Positions 35,348-44,710 of a stretch of 64,000 bases of DNA are shown here, in pieces. Source of the stretch: a virus; the IMG/VR virus record IMGVR_UViG_3300046328_000221, positions 1-64,000 of that record. One strand, written 5' to 3'. How positions within the stretch are numbered: the stretch's first letter is position 1; each line of letters starts with the position of its first letter. Under the pieces are notes generated by a model. It ran no database searches. It was given only the letters and a program-made list of their open reading frames with translations, and was not told the DNA's origin. The position numbers and the translations under genes are program-made.

Positions 35348-35793
35348 TGATATGCGAAACCACAGACTTTATGTACCCACTCCTTGCGGATATTTACTAT
35401 CCAATAGTTGAGCAAGGTGGATTTGGCAATATCAAAAAGCAATGGATTCTTGACAGAACCGTTGCCTGCTCATTTAATCCAGCTGGTAGAAAATTTAAGC
35501 AAGACCTTCAGATTAATCCAAATATTACACTAGACAATATCCTTGTTGGTAGAACAAGATCTGATATCCTATCTTCAAATCGTGAAGATCTAAATGCTAT
35601 GACTAATGTTATTATTACAAATATTCGTGATAGATTTGGTAATAGGATCTATAATGAGTCATCTGGTATCCGTAAAGGAAAGTCCACAATCTTTGAAATT
35701 TCAACCTTTAGTCCAATTGTTGGAGCCTTTGGCTCAACAGAATACTACAAGATTGTCCTAGCTCGTTCAGAAAACCAGGGTGCTGATATTTAA
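35347..35793 (+). CDS. head-tail stopper-like protein
   Basis: synteny and size. Confidence 0.5.
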   Translation: MICETTDFMYPLLADIYYPIVEQGGFGNIKKQWILDRTVACSFNPAGRKFKQDLQINPNITLDNILVGRTRSDILSSNREDLNAMTNVIITNIRDRFGNRIYNESSGIRKGKSTIFEISTFSPIVGAFGSTEYYKIVLARSENQGADI

Positions 35794-36464
35794 TGCTAAG
35801 ACTTGACGATAAACAATTTTTTAGAGAGATGAATAATATCATGGAATACTCTGTAGGGTATCTAGATGGAATTCATCAGGGTAAACAAAAGTTTCTTGGA
35901 AGCATTGGTAGCAGTGTGATTGAGACACTAAAGACATACATAGACTCAAGTGCAAGAGTTGATCCCCAAATGTTGCACCATGTCTATGAATGGAATCAAA
36001 CAGGCAGCCCCTCAGCAAGATTATTTGATATTGAATATACTATTAGTAATTTAGGATTATCTTTTAAATCAAGCTTTACCCAATCATCATCTGTCAAAGA
36101 TGGATCAACTACCCCATTCTACAATAAGGCAATGATCATGGAAAATGGTATCCCAGTTACCATTAAGCCAAAGAATGCTAGTATCCTATCCTTCAATGTT
36201 GATGGAGAACAGGTTTTTACAAAGGGACCAATTGAGGTTTCAAATCCAGGTGGTGACATGGTTCAAGGAAGTTTTGAGAACGTCTTTGATGAATTCTTTA
36301 ATAGATATTTCACACAGGCATTCCTTTCTTCAAGTGGAATATCTTCATATCTAAAGAGTCCAGTTTTATATAAAAAGAATTTAGTAGCAGGCAAGTCATT
36401 AGGCAAGTCTGCTGGAGTATCTACAGGATACCGCTGGATCGCTAACGCAGGAGTTGTTATTTAA
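35793..36464 (+). CDS. neck/tail completion protein
   Basis: synteny; MENGIPVTIKPKNA..LSF motif. Confidence 0.5.
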   Translation: MLRLDDKQFFREMNNIMEYSVGYLDGIHQGKQKFLGSIGSSVIETLKTYIDSSARVDPQMLHHVYEWNQTGSPSARLFDIEYTISNLGLSFKSSFTQSSSVKDGSTTPFYNKAMIMENGIPVTIKPKNASILSFNVDGEQVFTKGPIEVSNPGGDMVQGSFENVFDEFFNRYFTQAFLSSSGISSYLKSPVLYKKNLVAGKSLGKSAGVSTGYRWIANAGVVI

Positions 36465-37024
36465 TGGCTATTTACTATCCACCAGCATTTATTAATGCAT
36501 ATCTTCAAGACAAGATAAACGAGCACTTCACTGAAAATCCAATAGCTGGATTTGACCCAAGTGTTCTAAATCCAAGCAAAACTTTCCCATTCTTTCCAAC
36601 AACCCCAACGGATATAAACTCACTATTTGAGACATTCTCAACTGGAAATGGCCAGTTTGCGGTATTTGACAGAATGTTTAAAATGCGTAGATTACCATTC
36701 CCACACATAAAGTCAGAGCAGTTACTATACTACTTCTATGCTACTGGAACAAACCCAATCCCATTTATGGTTGAGATTGCTCAAAAGGTACAGGACCTAC
36801 TTGATAGCGAAGATGAGTCTGCACAGGATCTAAATGACTGGGCAAAGGCCAAGCAGTCATCATCCACCCCACTTACTGATGACAACGGAGTAAAGCTTCC
36901 GCTGCCATTCTTCCACAGAATCAAGGTCTATCAATTACAGGAAACTAGGGATGTAGTCAACTTTGGAACTGCCAGAACCTTTGCTGGTAATAAGATGATT
37001 ATTGACTATGACTGGCATAAGTAA
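36464..37024 (+). CDS. tail terminator-like protein
   Basis: synteny before major tail protein. Confidence 0.5.
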   Translation: MAIYYPPAFINAYLQDKINEHFTENPIAGFDPSVLNPSKTFPFFPTTPTDINSLFETFSTGNGQFAVFDRMFKMRRLPFPHIKSEQLLYYFYATGTNPIPFMVEIAQKVQDLLDSEDESAQDLNDWAKAKQSSSTPLTDDNGVKLPLPFFHRIKVYQLQETRDVVNFGTARTFAGNKMIIDYDWHK

Positions 37025-37099
37025 TAGTTTAAAAAAGCTGTTATACTTAGTTTGAGGAAACACGCCCATTATTTCTATAGAAAAAAGAGGTGAAAAAAT

Positions 37100-37744
37100 A
37101 TGCCATATACACGTGGTTCAAGTACCAACATTATAGTTGGTGCTGCAGCACTATTTACATACGAGGCAGGGACTCTAACAGAGGCTGACCTACCAGCGTA
37201 TGCAAATGGTGTTTCATACAAGGATACTCTGACAGCAGATACAGATTTCCGTAACGTTGGATATACAAGTAATGGTCTAGAGCTTATGTTCCAGCCTGAC
37301 TTCGGAGAAGTTAGAGTTGATCAGGTTCTTGATGTTGCTAAGTTGTACAAGCAGGGTATGCAGGTTAACCTAAATACCACATTTGCTGAATCAACACTAG
37401 AAAACCTATTGTTTGCAATTGCAGGAAAAGATGAAGATCTTACTTCAGCAACTGGAACAGGTATTGGTGCAGGCTCAAGCCAGCTAAACCTATCAGCAGG
37501 AGACATCGGAGAATGTCCTGTTGAGCGTGGTCTAGTTGCAGTTGGTCCAGGTACAGGAGACTGTGCAGTTGGATCTTCTAAGGAACGAGTTTATGCTGCT
37601 TACCGTGCGTTGTCAATTGAGAGCGTAACAGTATCAGCCAAGCGTGACGAAGCAACTCAGTTTGCAGTGTCATTCCGCTTGCTACCAAATGACACAGCTT
37701 CATACGGTAAGATCGTTGATCGTACCATCCCAGCTGCATCATAA
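37100..37744 (+). CDS. major tail tube protein
   Basis: NIIVGAA, VGYTSNGLEL, VDQ, FAESTLENL motifs; followed by terminator. Confidence 0.85.
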   Translation: MPYTRGSSTNIIVGAAALFTYEAGTLTEADLPAYANGVSYKDTLTADTDFRNVGYTSNGLELMFQPDFGEVRVDQVLDVAKLYKQGMQVNLNTTFAESTLENLLFAIAGKDEDLTSATGTGIGAGSSQLNLSAGDIGECPVERGLVAVGPGTGDCAVGSSKERVYAAYRALSIESVTVSAKRDEATQFAVSFRLLPNDTASYGKIVDRTIPAAS

Positions 37745-37764
37745 TCTACAACTTAATACTGCAG

Positions 37765-37800
37765 AACCGTCTAGTTTAACTACTAGGCGGTTTTGTTTTT
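37765..37800 (+). terminator. intrinsic terminator
   Basis: ACCGTCTAGT...ACTAGGCGGT-TTTGTTTTT. Confidence 0.7.
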
Positions 37801-37814
37801 GGTATACTTATAGG

Positions 37815-38504
37815 ATGGCCACAGAAGTATACAAATCAGCAACGGTACATCTAATAGATGGTACTGAGCTATACATTACCCCATTAAAAATAAAATACTT
37901 ACGTGAAGTCATGGACACCTTTGAAGCGGTAAAAAGATCAAAGAATGATAACGAAGCTATTTCCTGGCTGTCTGAATGTACCAGAATAGCCATGAAGCAA
38001 TACTACCCTAAGATAAAGACAATAGAGGATTTAGAAGATAGCGTTGATATTGAAACACTGTATAGGATATTGGATATTGCTGCAGGAATAAAGATAGACC
38101 AGGAAAAGACAGAAGAGACAGTACAAGAGCAAGCAGCAGAAAGCGGTCCTGGCTGGGAAAAGTTTGATCTAGCAAAGCTGGAGTCTGAGGTATTTTTGCT
38201 GGGTATCTGGAAAGATTACGAAGAACTAGAAGCATCTCTATCAATGCCAGAGCTATCTGCTATTTTGGAATCAAAAAGAGATTTAGATTATAAAGAAAAG
38301 AGATTTCTAGCAAGTATCCAAGGAGTTGATCTTGATGAACAGACTGGAAATAACGAACCAAATGCCTGGGAAAAGATGAAGGCCAAAGTATTCAGCAATG
38401 GTAAAACAGAAAATCCAAATGATGTAGTATCTCTACAAGGACAGAATGCAGTAAAAGCTGGTTTTGGTATTGGCATGGGATTAGACTACGAAGATCTTGG
38501 ATAA
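37815..38504 (+). CDS. tail assembly chaperone, long (GT-like) form
   Basis: between tail tube and tape measure; N-half homologous to 38555; leaderless start. Confidence 0.7.
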   Translation: MATEVYKSATVHLIDGTELYITPLKIKYLREVMDTFEAVKRSKNDNEAISWLSECTRIAMKQYYPKIKTIEDLEDSVDIETLYRILDIAAGIKIDQEKTEETVQEQAAESGPGWEKFDLAKLESEVFLLGIWKDYEELEASLSMPELSAILESKRDLDYKEKRFLASIQGVDLDEQTGNNEPNAWEKMKAKVFSNGKTENPNDVVSLQGQNAVKAGFGIGMGLDYEDLG

Positions 38505-38554
38505 AATAAGTTATTTATGCTATAATTGATTAACCTAACAGGAGGAAAAATAAA

Positions 38555-38872
38555 ATGGCAACAACAACGCACCAAGAAAAAACAATCGTATTGTTTGATG
38601 GACAAGAAATCAAAATTAGACCACTAAAAATTTCACTTTTACGTGAATTCCTAAAGACATTTGAGGCTATCGAAGAAATTTCTGAAGATAACGACAAGTC
38701 TATGGATGAGCTTATTAAGTGTGTACAGATTGCTTTTAAGCAGTACAAACCAGAATTGGCAGAAGATGCCAAGGCACTGGAAGATCTACTAGATCTACCA
38801 ACTGTCTATGAGATTATTGGAGAAGCATCTGGAAACAGACTAGGTGATTCATCTCTATTGAATAATCTATAA
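38555..38872 (+). CDS. tail assembly chaperone, short (G-like) form
   Basis: DGQEIKIRPLKISLLRE matches DGTELYITPLKIKYLRE of 37815. Confidence 0.7.
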   Translation: MATTTHQEKTIVLFDGQEIKIRPLKISLLREFLKTFEAIEEISEDNDKSMDELIKCVQIAFKQYKPELAEDAKALEDLLDLPTVYEIIGEASGNRLGDSSLLNNL

Positions 38873-38894
38873 AATGTAAAGAGGGTGTATATGA

Positions 38895-41800
38895 ATGGCT
38901 GAAGATATTCAGTCCAACATTAGAGTCAATATTGACACTAATCAAGCTTTGGCAAACATTAAACTTTTGCAAAGAGAGCTTTCAGCCTTTCATACATCTT
39001 TTGCTAAGGGGTCAGCCACTGCCGTTGCTGCCTCAAGACAATTTCAGCAAGAGTTAATTAATGATGTTAACGCCACTGGAAAATTTAGTGCCCAATTCAA
39101 AACGGTAAAAACCTCTACAGAATCTTTCACTACAGCCCTTGAAAAGAACAAGCTCTCAATGGGAGAGTACTTCCGCTATGCTGGTGGAGCATCAAGATCA
39201 TTTGGAAAGCTCTTCAAAACAGAGTTTGACACTATAAATAAGGTAGCTCGTGAACGTGTTAAAGACCTTCAAACCCAATATATCAAGATGGGTCGTGACG
39301 CAAACGGGGCAATGAAGGCTATTGCTATTCGTCCACTTACTCTAGATATGGAGAGTCTAGGAACAAAAACAGCAATTGCAGCACAGAAACAGGCATTGCT
39401 GAATCAGCTTCTAAAACAAGGATCTACGAATCTTCTAAACTTCGGTAAGAATACCCAGTGGGCTGGTCGTCAGCTTATGATTGGTTTTACTATTCCACTA
39501 ACAATGCTAGGTACTGCTGCTGCCAAAACCTTCATGGACATGGAAAAGCAAGCAATTGCGTTTAAGCGTGTTTATGGAGATATGCTTACAACATCTTCGG
39601 AAACAGAAAAGGCCCTAAAGGATGTTCAAAATCTTGCAGTTGAGTTTACAAAGTATGGAGTAGCAGTAGCAGATACCATGGAGCTTGCGGCAAAGGCAGC
39701 AGCGACAGGCAAGACTGGTGCAGACCTTATTGCTCAAGTAAGCCAGGCGACTAGGCTATCTGTTCTTGGTGGAGTAGATCAGCAGCAAGCACTTGAGGCA
39801 ACTATATCTTTGACAGATGCATTTGGAACATCTGCAGATGCCTTAGCTGGAAAAATTAACTTCCTTAACGCAGTTGAAAACCAGACTGTAACATCTATTG
39901 AGGACCTAACAATAGCTATTCCAAAAGCTGGTCCAGTTGTAAAGCAGCTTGGTGGAAACGTTGAAGACCTAACCTTCTTCCTTACAGCAATGCGTGAGGG
40001 TGGGATTAACGCATCAGAAGGTGCTAACGCCCTTAAGTCTGGTCTTGCATCTATGATTAACCCAACAGCAAAGGCATCTGAATTCCTTGCTGGATTTGGG
40101 GTAAATCTAAAAGGTATTGTAGAGGCAAATAAGGGAGACGTCAAGTCAACAGTCATTGAGTTTGCAAAAGCTTTAGACACACTTGATCCACTAAATCGTG
40201 CTCGTGCTATTGAGCAACTATTTGGCAAGTTTCAATTTTCTCGTATTTCTACATTGTTTAAGAATGTAATAGATGAGGGAACTCAGGCAGGCAGAGTTCT
40301 TGAATTAACAAATACATCAAACATTCAACTTGCAGCATTGTCACAAAAAGAGTTGCAGAGAATATCAGAGTCTCCAATGTTTAAATTTCAAAAGGCTGTA
40401 GAAGACCTAAAGAAGTCATTGGCCCCAGTTGGAGAAGAATTCCTGAAGGCAGTAACGCCACTGATTAATTTTGGAACAGATGTCTTAAAAAAGTTTAATG
40501 ATCTTGACTCAGGAGCAAAAGCCTTCATTACGAATCTTATTGGAGGTCTGGGAGTTGTTGGTCCAGTAGCCCTGATGACGTTTGGTCTATTGGCTAACGG
40601 AATTGCAAACCTTATCAAAGGCTTTGTGTTTATTAAAAATGTATTCAATAGAGCTGGAACTGCATCAACAGAGCTAGGCCAACAAACAGCATACATGTCT
40701 GCTGCTCAGATTGAGGCTTCGGCAGTTGCAGCATCTTTAAATCAAACACACAGCAAGCTTATACAGACATTTAACTTAGAAGCAGGAGCACTAAACTCAC
40801 TAACAACAGCGTACAATCGCTCACTATCCTCAATGTCTGCCTTCACTGGTGTTCCAAGAGGAACTGGAAAGTCAACAAAGAAGTTTGCTGCTGGAGGGAT
40901 GGTTCCAGGGTCTGGCAGTGGAGACATTGTTCCATCATTGCTTACCCCTGGCGAATTTGTTGTAAACAAAAAGGCTGCAAGTCAAAACATGCTGGCACTA
41001 AATGCTCTAAATTCTGGTAAAATTTCTAGGTTCGCAAGGGGTGGCAGAGTTGGCTCTGGACCATCTGGCCGTGTTGGAAAATCGCTAATAACTCTACCAA
41101 TTGACTATAAGACAAATGTCTCGAATCAATCTGGTGCATTGAATATGTCAGACATCACGCCAGATGCAGCATCACTATCATACATGTATGCAGATGAAAT
41201 ACTTAAGCAGTCTAAGACCTCTGCTGGAGCAGTTTCTAGAGAGATAATCCAGTGGGAGCAAATAAATAAAAAAGCTATCGATGAGGCGACAAATGCAGTG
41301 AATGCTGGAACCCCTGCTGCAGAGGCCTTTAAAGATCTATCAGACAAATTTGTTTCTGATATGGAATCTGCAAATGGTCCAGTAAAGAAGTTTTCAGATA
41401 CTGCTAGATCAATGCTACCACAAATTGAGGCAGATTTTAGAGAGGCACAGGCAGCAGCAAACTCAATGGGCCTAAATCTTAGGTCTGGAGCAGATACCGC
41501 AAAACTAGCAGAAAAAATGCCGAACAATCTCCTAGCTCAGGGAATGAATACCCCAGGAAACTTTGGAAGACTGTCTAGGGTTAGGGGGGCAGCAGCACAG
41601 ATATTCGGAGGCGGTAGCAAGAACTTTGGAAAAACTGGCACTCCAGCATTTATGATGACAAAGGGTCTAGATACAAAGTCTATAGCCTATGGAACTATGA
41701 TGACTCAAGAGCACATAGCTGTAACAAAGCTTCAGGAAGAAAACAGAAAAGCTCTAGCTGGAATAAGAACCCAAACAACCAAATTTGCCCAAGCAGTTCC

Positions 41801-44030
41801 AAAAGAAACCGTTTCCGCAATAGAAGAAGTCACTCGTCAGGCATCTCCATCTAAAGAAGCATATAATGCTGGAGCAAACATTGGTATTGGTGCAATAAAT
41901 GGTATCAAGTCAACTCAAGGACAAGCAGTTACAGCTGGAGAATCTCTTGCAACAGCTACCCAATCTGGAGCTAGACGTGCATCTCAGGGACAGACAAACT
42001 ATGATCTACTAAACCTTCCAATGCAGGGACCAGCAAAACCAACATTTAGACAAAAGGTTGGATCAAAGATTAGTTCTGGCATAAGGTCAGCAGCCAACAT
42101 GAAAGTCGGAGACTTGTCTGGTGGAAAGCTGGCTGGTCTTGGTGCAGCAGCATCTATGGCAACATTTGCTCTATCTGGAATGGGCGGCACAGTTGGACAA
42201 GTAGCAAACGCCATTCTTCCAGTCGTGAGCATTTTTAGCTTACTTGGCCCGCTGTTGACTGGTTTTGCAGCATCTCTAGGATTAGCCTCATTACCACTAC
42301 TACCGATAATTGCTGGTCTTGCTGGCTTAGCAGCAGTTGTTGGGGTATCAGCATTTGCTATAAACCAAGCGAATGAAGCTAAGAAAAAAGAATTAGAACA
42401 AATTAATGCTTCAGCAGACGCATACAAGTATGCAACAAAGGCAGTATCAGAATTTGCAACTTTGAGTGGTACGGCCACCAAGCCAACGCTAATGGATCTT
42501 TCCAAAGAAAGCTTTAAGTCTGATGTAACTGGAAAAAACCTAAATGATATTCAAACACTTTTGGCAAGCGATGAGTTTACTAATCCAGAATCTCAAATAT
42601 TTAAAATGATTACGGCTCTTAAAAAAACTACTGACGTTCAAGCAAAGGCTTTTGTTTCAGCATATGCTCAGCAACTAGTTGCTTCTGGAATAGGGGAAGC
42701 CGAAGTTGATGCTAGCATTAAGGCAATTCAATCAGCAGCAGGCAAAAAAGATTTAAATATAGATTTTGCATCAGTTAATATAAATACCAAGACTGGAAGA
42801 GAAAATCTTCTTAAATCTATTGAGGAAGCTACATCAAATATTACAAAAAACAAAAAGCTAAAAAGAAGAGATGGAACAACTGTTCTAGATCCTATAGCGA
42901 CCGCAAAAAGAACAGCCGATGTAAAGTCAGCAGCATCTGCATTATCATTCTCGTTTGCAAATATTAACTCTCAGTTCTCAACTGGTGCAATATCGGGCAA
43001 TGTCTATAATTCAATGATATCGGGTATCACAAAAAGCCTCAAGGGAATGACGGACCAAGCCTTGGCTGGACGTATTCTAAAAACAATGTTTTCTGACATA
43101 AGCCCTGCAGCAGCTAGCTTTGCAGCTGGCTTTGATTCCATGACAGATAAAGTAAAAATCTTTACAATAGTCTCTCTTGCAGGTGCAGATGCTTTGGCAA
43201 GTCTGCAAGACTCTTTTGCTAGAATGGGTCCAATTGCAGATCCAAAGCAAAGGGCATCTTTGATAAAGTATACTCTAGACAAATCCTTAAAAGATGCAAA
43301 AGCATTTGGAAAAGCCTTTGATAAGATTACTGGCACAGGGAGCACTGGCACTGGATCTGGAACTGGTGGGACAGTCGCAAATACCTCAGCCCTAGAAAAA
43401 CAACTTGACACATTGAAGAAAAAGCTTGAATCTCTAAGGAGTATAAATGCAGAACTCAAGAGACAGCAAGATTTTGAAATGGCTCAGCAAAAGAGAATTC
43501 AGGATATGAAGCAAGACTTTATCTCTGGTAACTACCTAGCTGCATCTATGAAGCGTCAAGAAATGGCCTATGCTCAACAGAATTATAACAAAGAGTCTGA
43601 AACCATATCTCTAGAAAAGAAGATTTCAGATCTTGAAGCACGAATTGCTGCAAAAAAGAATACTGGAAGAGCTTCTGGTGGAATGGTTTATCCAGGAATG
43701 GCTATGGGAGGACTAATCTCTGGTCCAGGAACTGGAACCTCAGACTCAATTACTGCAAAACTAAACTTTGCTAGTGGTGGTCAGATCAATGTTTCTAATG
43801 GAGAATATATCACTCGTGCTGCTTCTGTAAGACAGTATGGAACTGACTTTATGAACTCTGTAAACAATGGATCATATAATCCAGGAGCATACTCTGGCGA
43901 TTCAGTGTATAATGTTAATATGACAATTAATGGCGGTAATGCAAATGCTGATCAAATTGCATCAGCAGTAATGAAGAAACTTGATGTTATTGCTACCAAG
44001 AATAATAAGACAAACAAGGTTAGAGTTTAA
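38895..44030 (+). CDS. tape measure protein
   Basis: 1711 aa, helical and Ala-rich; TP901-type core; FAAGG..GSGDIVPSLLTPGEFVV motifs. Confidence 0.9.
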   Translation: MAEDIQSNIRVNIDTNQALANIKLLQRELSAFHTSFAKGSATAVAASRQFQQELINDVNATGKFSAQFKTVKTSTESFTTALEKNKLSMGEYFRYAGGASRSFGKLFKTEFDTINKVARERVKDLQTQYIKMGRDANGAMKAIAIRPLTLDMESLGTKTAIAAQKQALLNQLLKQGSTNLLNFGKNTQWAGRQLMIGFTIPLTMLGTAAAKTFMDMEKQAIAFKRVYGDMLTTSSETEKALKDVQNLAVEFTKYGVAVADTMELAAKAAATGKTGADLIAQVSQATRLSVLGGVDQQQALEATISLTDAFGTSADALAGKINFLNAVENQTVTSIEDLTIAIPKAGPVVKQLGGNVEDLTFFLTAMREGGINASEGANALKSGLASMINPTAKASEFLAGFGVNLKGIVEANKGDVKSTVIEFAKALDTLDPLNRARAIEQLFGKFQFSRISTLFKNVIDEGTQAGRVLELTNTSNIQLAALSQKELQRISESPMFKFQKAVEDLKKSLAPVGEEFLKAVTPLINFGTDVLKKFNDLDSGAKAFITNLIGGLGVVGPVALMTFGLLANGIANLIKGFVFIKNVFNRAGTASTELGQQTAYMSAAQIEASAVAASLNQTHSKLIQTFNLEAGALNSLTTAYNRSLSSMSAFTGVPRGTGKSTKKFAAGGMVPGSGSGDIVPSLLTPGEFVVNKKAASQNMLALNALNSGKISRFARGGRVGSGPSGRVGKSLITLPIDYKTNVSNQSGALNMSDITPDAASLSYMYADEILKQSKTSAGAVSREIIQWEQINKKAIDEATNAVNAGTPAAEAFKDLSDKFVSDMESANGPVKKFSDTARSMLPQIEADFREAQAAANSMGLNLRSGADTAKLAEKMPNNLLAQGMNTPGNFGRLSRVRGAAAQIFGGGSKNFGKTGTPAFMMTKGLDTKSIAYGTMMTQEHIAVTKLQEENRKALAGIRTQTTKFAQAVPKETVSAIEEVTRQASPSKEAYNAGANIGIGAINGIKSTQGQAVTAGESLATATQSGARRASQGQTNYDLLNLPMQGPAKPTFRQKVGSKISSGIRSAANMKVGDLSGGKLAGLGAAASMATFALSGMGGTVGQVANAILPVVSIFSLLGPLLTGFAASLGLASLPLLPIIAGLAGLAAVVGVSAFAINQANEAKKKELEQINASADAYKYATKAVSEFATLSGTATKPTLMDLSKESFKSDVTGKNLNDIQTLLASDEFTNPESQIFKMITALKKTTDVQAKAFVSAYAQQLVASGIGEAEVDASIKAIQSAAGKKDLNIDFASVNINTKTGRENLLKSIEEATSNITKNKKLKRRDGTTVLDPIATAKRTADVKSAASALSFSFANINSQFSTGAISGNVYNSMISGITKSLKGMTDQALAGRILKTMFSDISPAAASFAAGFDSMTDKVKIFTIVSLAGADALASLQDSFARMGPIADPKQRASLIKYTLDKSLKDAKAFGKAFDKITGTGSTGTGSGTGGTVANTSALEKQLDTLKKKLESLRSINAELKRQQDFEMAQQKRIQDMKQDFISGNYLAASMKRQEMAYAQQNYNKESETISLEKKISDLEARIAAKKNTGRASGGMVYPGMAMGGLISGPGTGTSDSITAKLNFASGGQINVSNGEYITRAASVRQYGTDFMNSVNNGSYNPGAYSGDSVYNVNMTINGGNANADQIASAVMKKLDVIATKNNKTNKVRV

Positions 44031-44710
44031 TGGCATATCCAATAGAAGCTGGTATTCAGCTTGCCCTAAATAATACCCCTACAACGGCTACATATGCCTC
44101 TGATGGGGCTTTGGGTGCTACTTCTGTAGTTATTGGTGCGTCTAACTCAAATATCGTTGTAGGCCAAACTGTGACTGGTACTGGCTTTGCTGCTAATACT
44201 CTAGTTACCAGCATTGATGGAACAACTATAAACTTTTCTCCAGCCACAACTGCCCAAGTAGCTGGAACAATAACCTTTAGCACCACTTGGTATAAACTTA
44301 CAGATCACAATAGATCAGAAATTAGTATCCAGCCAGAGCTAATTGAGAAATCTCAAAGAATGGCTAATGGAACTATGCGTAAATATGTTGTAGCAAAGAA
44401 GCACAATATCTCTACATCGTGGGACTTCCTACCAGCAAAAACTATCCTAGCAGTTGATGGAAACTATGCAGCAGCATGGCTAGAAGCTTTTTATAATGCT
44501 AACTGTGGGATTCCAATTTTTGTAAAAGTTGTAAAGGCTAAAGATACTGCGGTAAGTCTAGGACAGTTGCCATTAGACTCTACATTTGCAACTGCTCAAA
44601 ACTCAAGCACAATATACGAAGTGTTCATGACTGGATTCTCAAATACAGTTAGATATAGAACAACTACATCAGACTATGTTAATATGAGCATAGAGTTTAC
44701 AGAGGTATAA
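44030..44710 (+). CDS. distal tail (Dit-like) protein with inserted beta domain
   Basis: follows tape measure; RMANGTMRKYVV; VGQTVTGTGFAANTLVT insert. Confidence 0.6.
   Translation: MAYPIEAGIQLALNNTPTTATYASDGALGATSVVIGASNSNIVVGQTVTGTGFAANTLVTSIDGTTINFSPATTAQVAGTITFSTTWYKLTDHNRSEISIQPELIEKSQRMANGTMRKYVVAKKHNISTSWDFLPAKTILAVDGNYAAAWLEAFYNANCGIPIFVKVVKAKDTAVSLGQLPLDSTFATAQNSSTIYEVFMTGFSNTVRYRTTTSDYVNMSIEFTEV

Noticed and set aside
38155-38161. GGGAAAA slippery site in the chaperone gene
   Set aside because: Out of phase for a -1 shift (TGG GAA AAG); the same heptamer recurs near 38388 as plain W-E-K codons; the ORF is already open.
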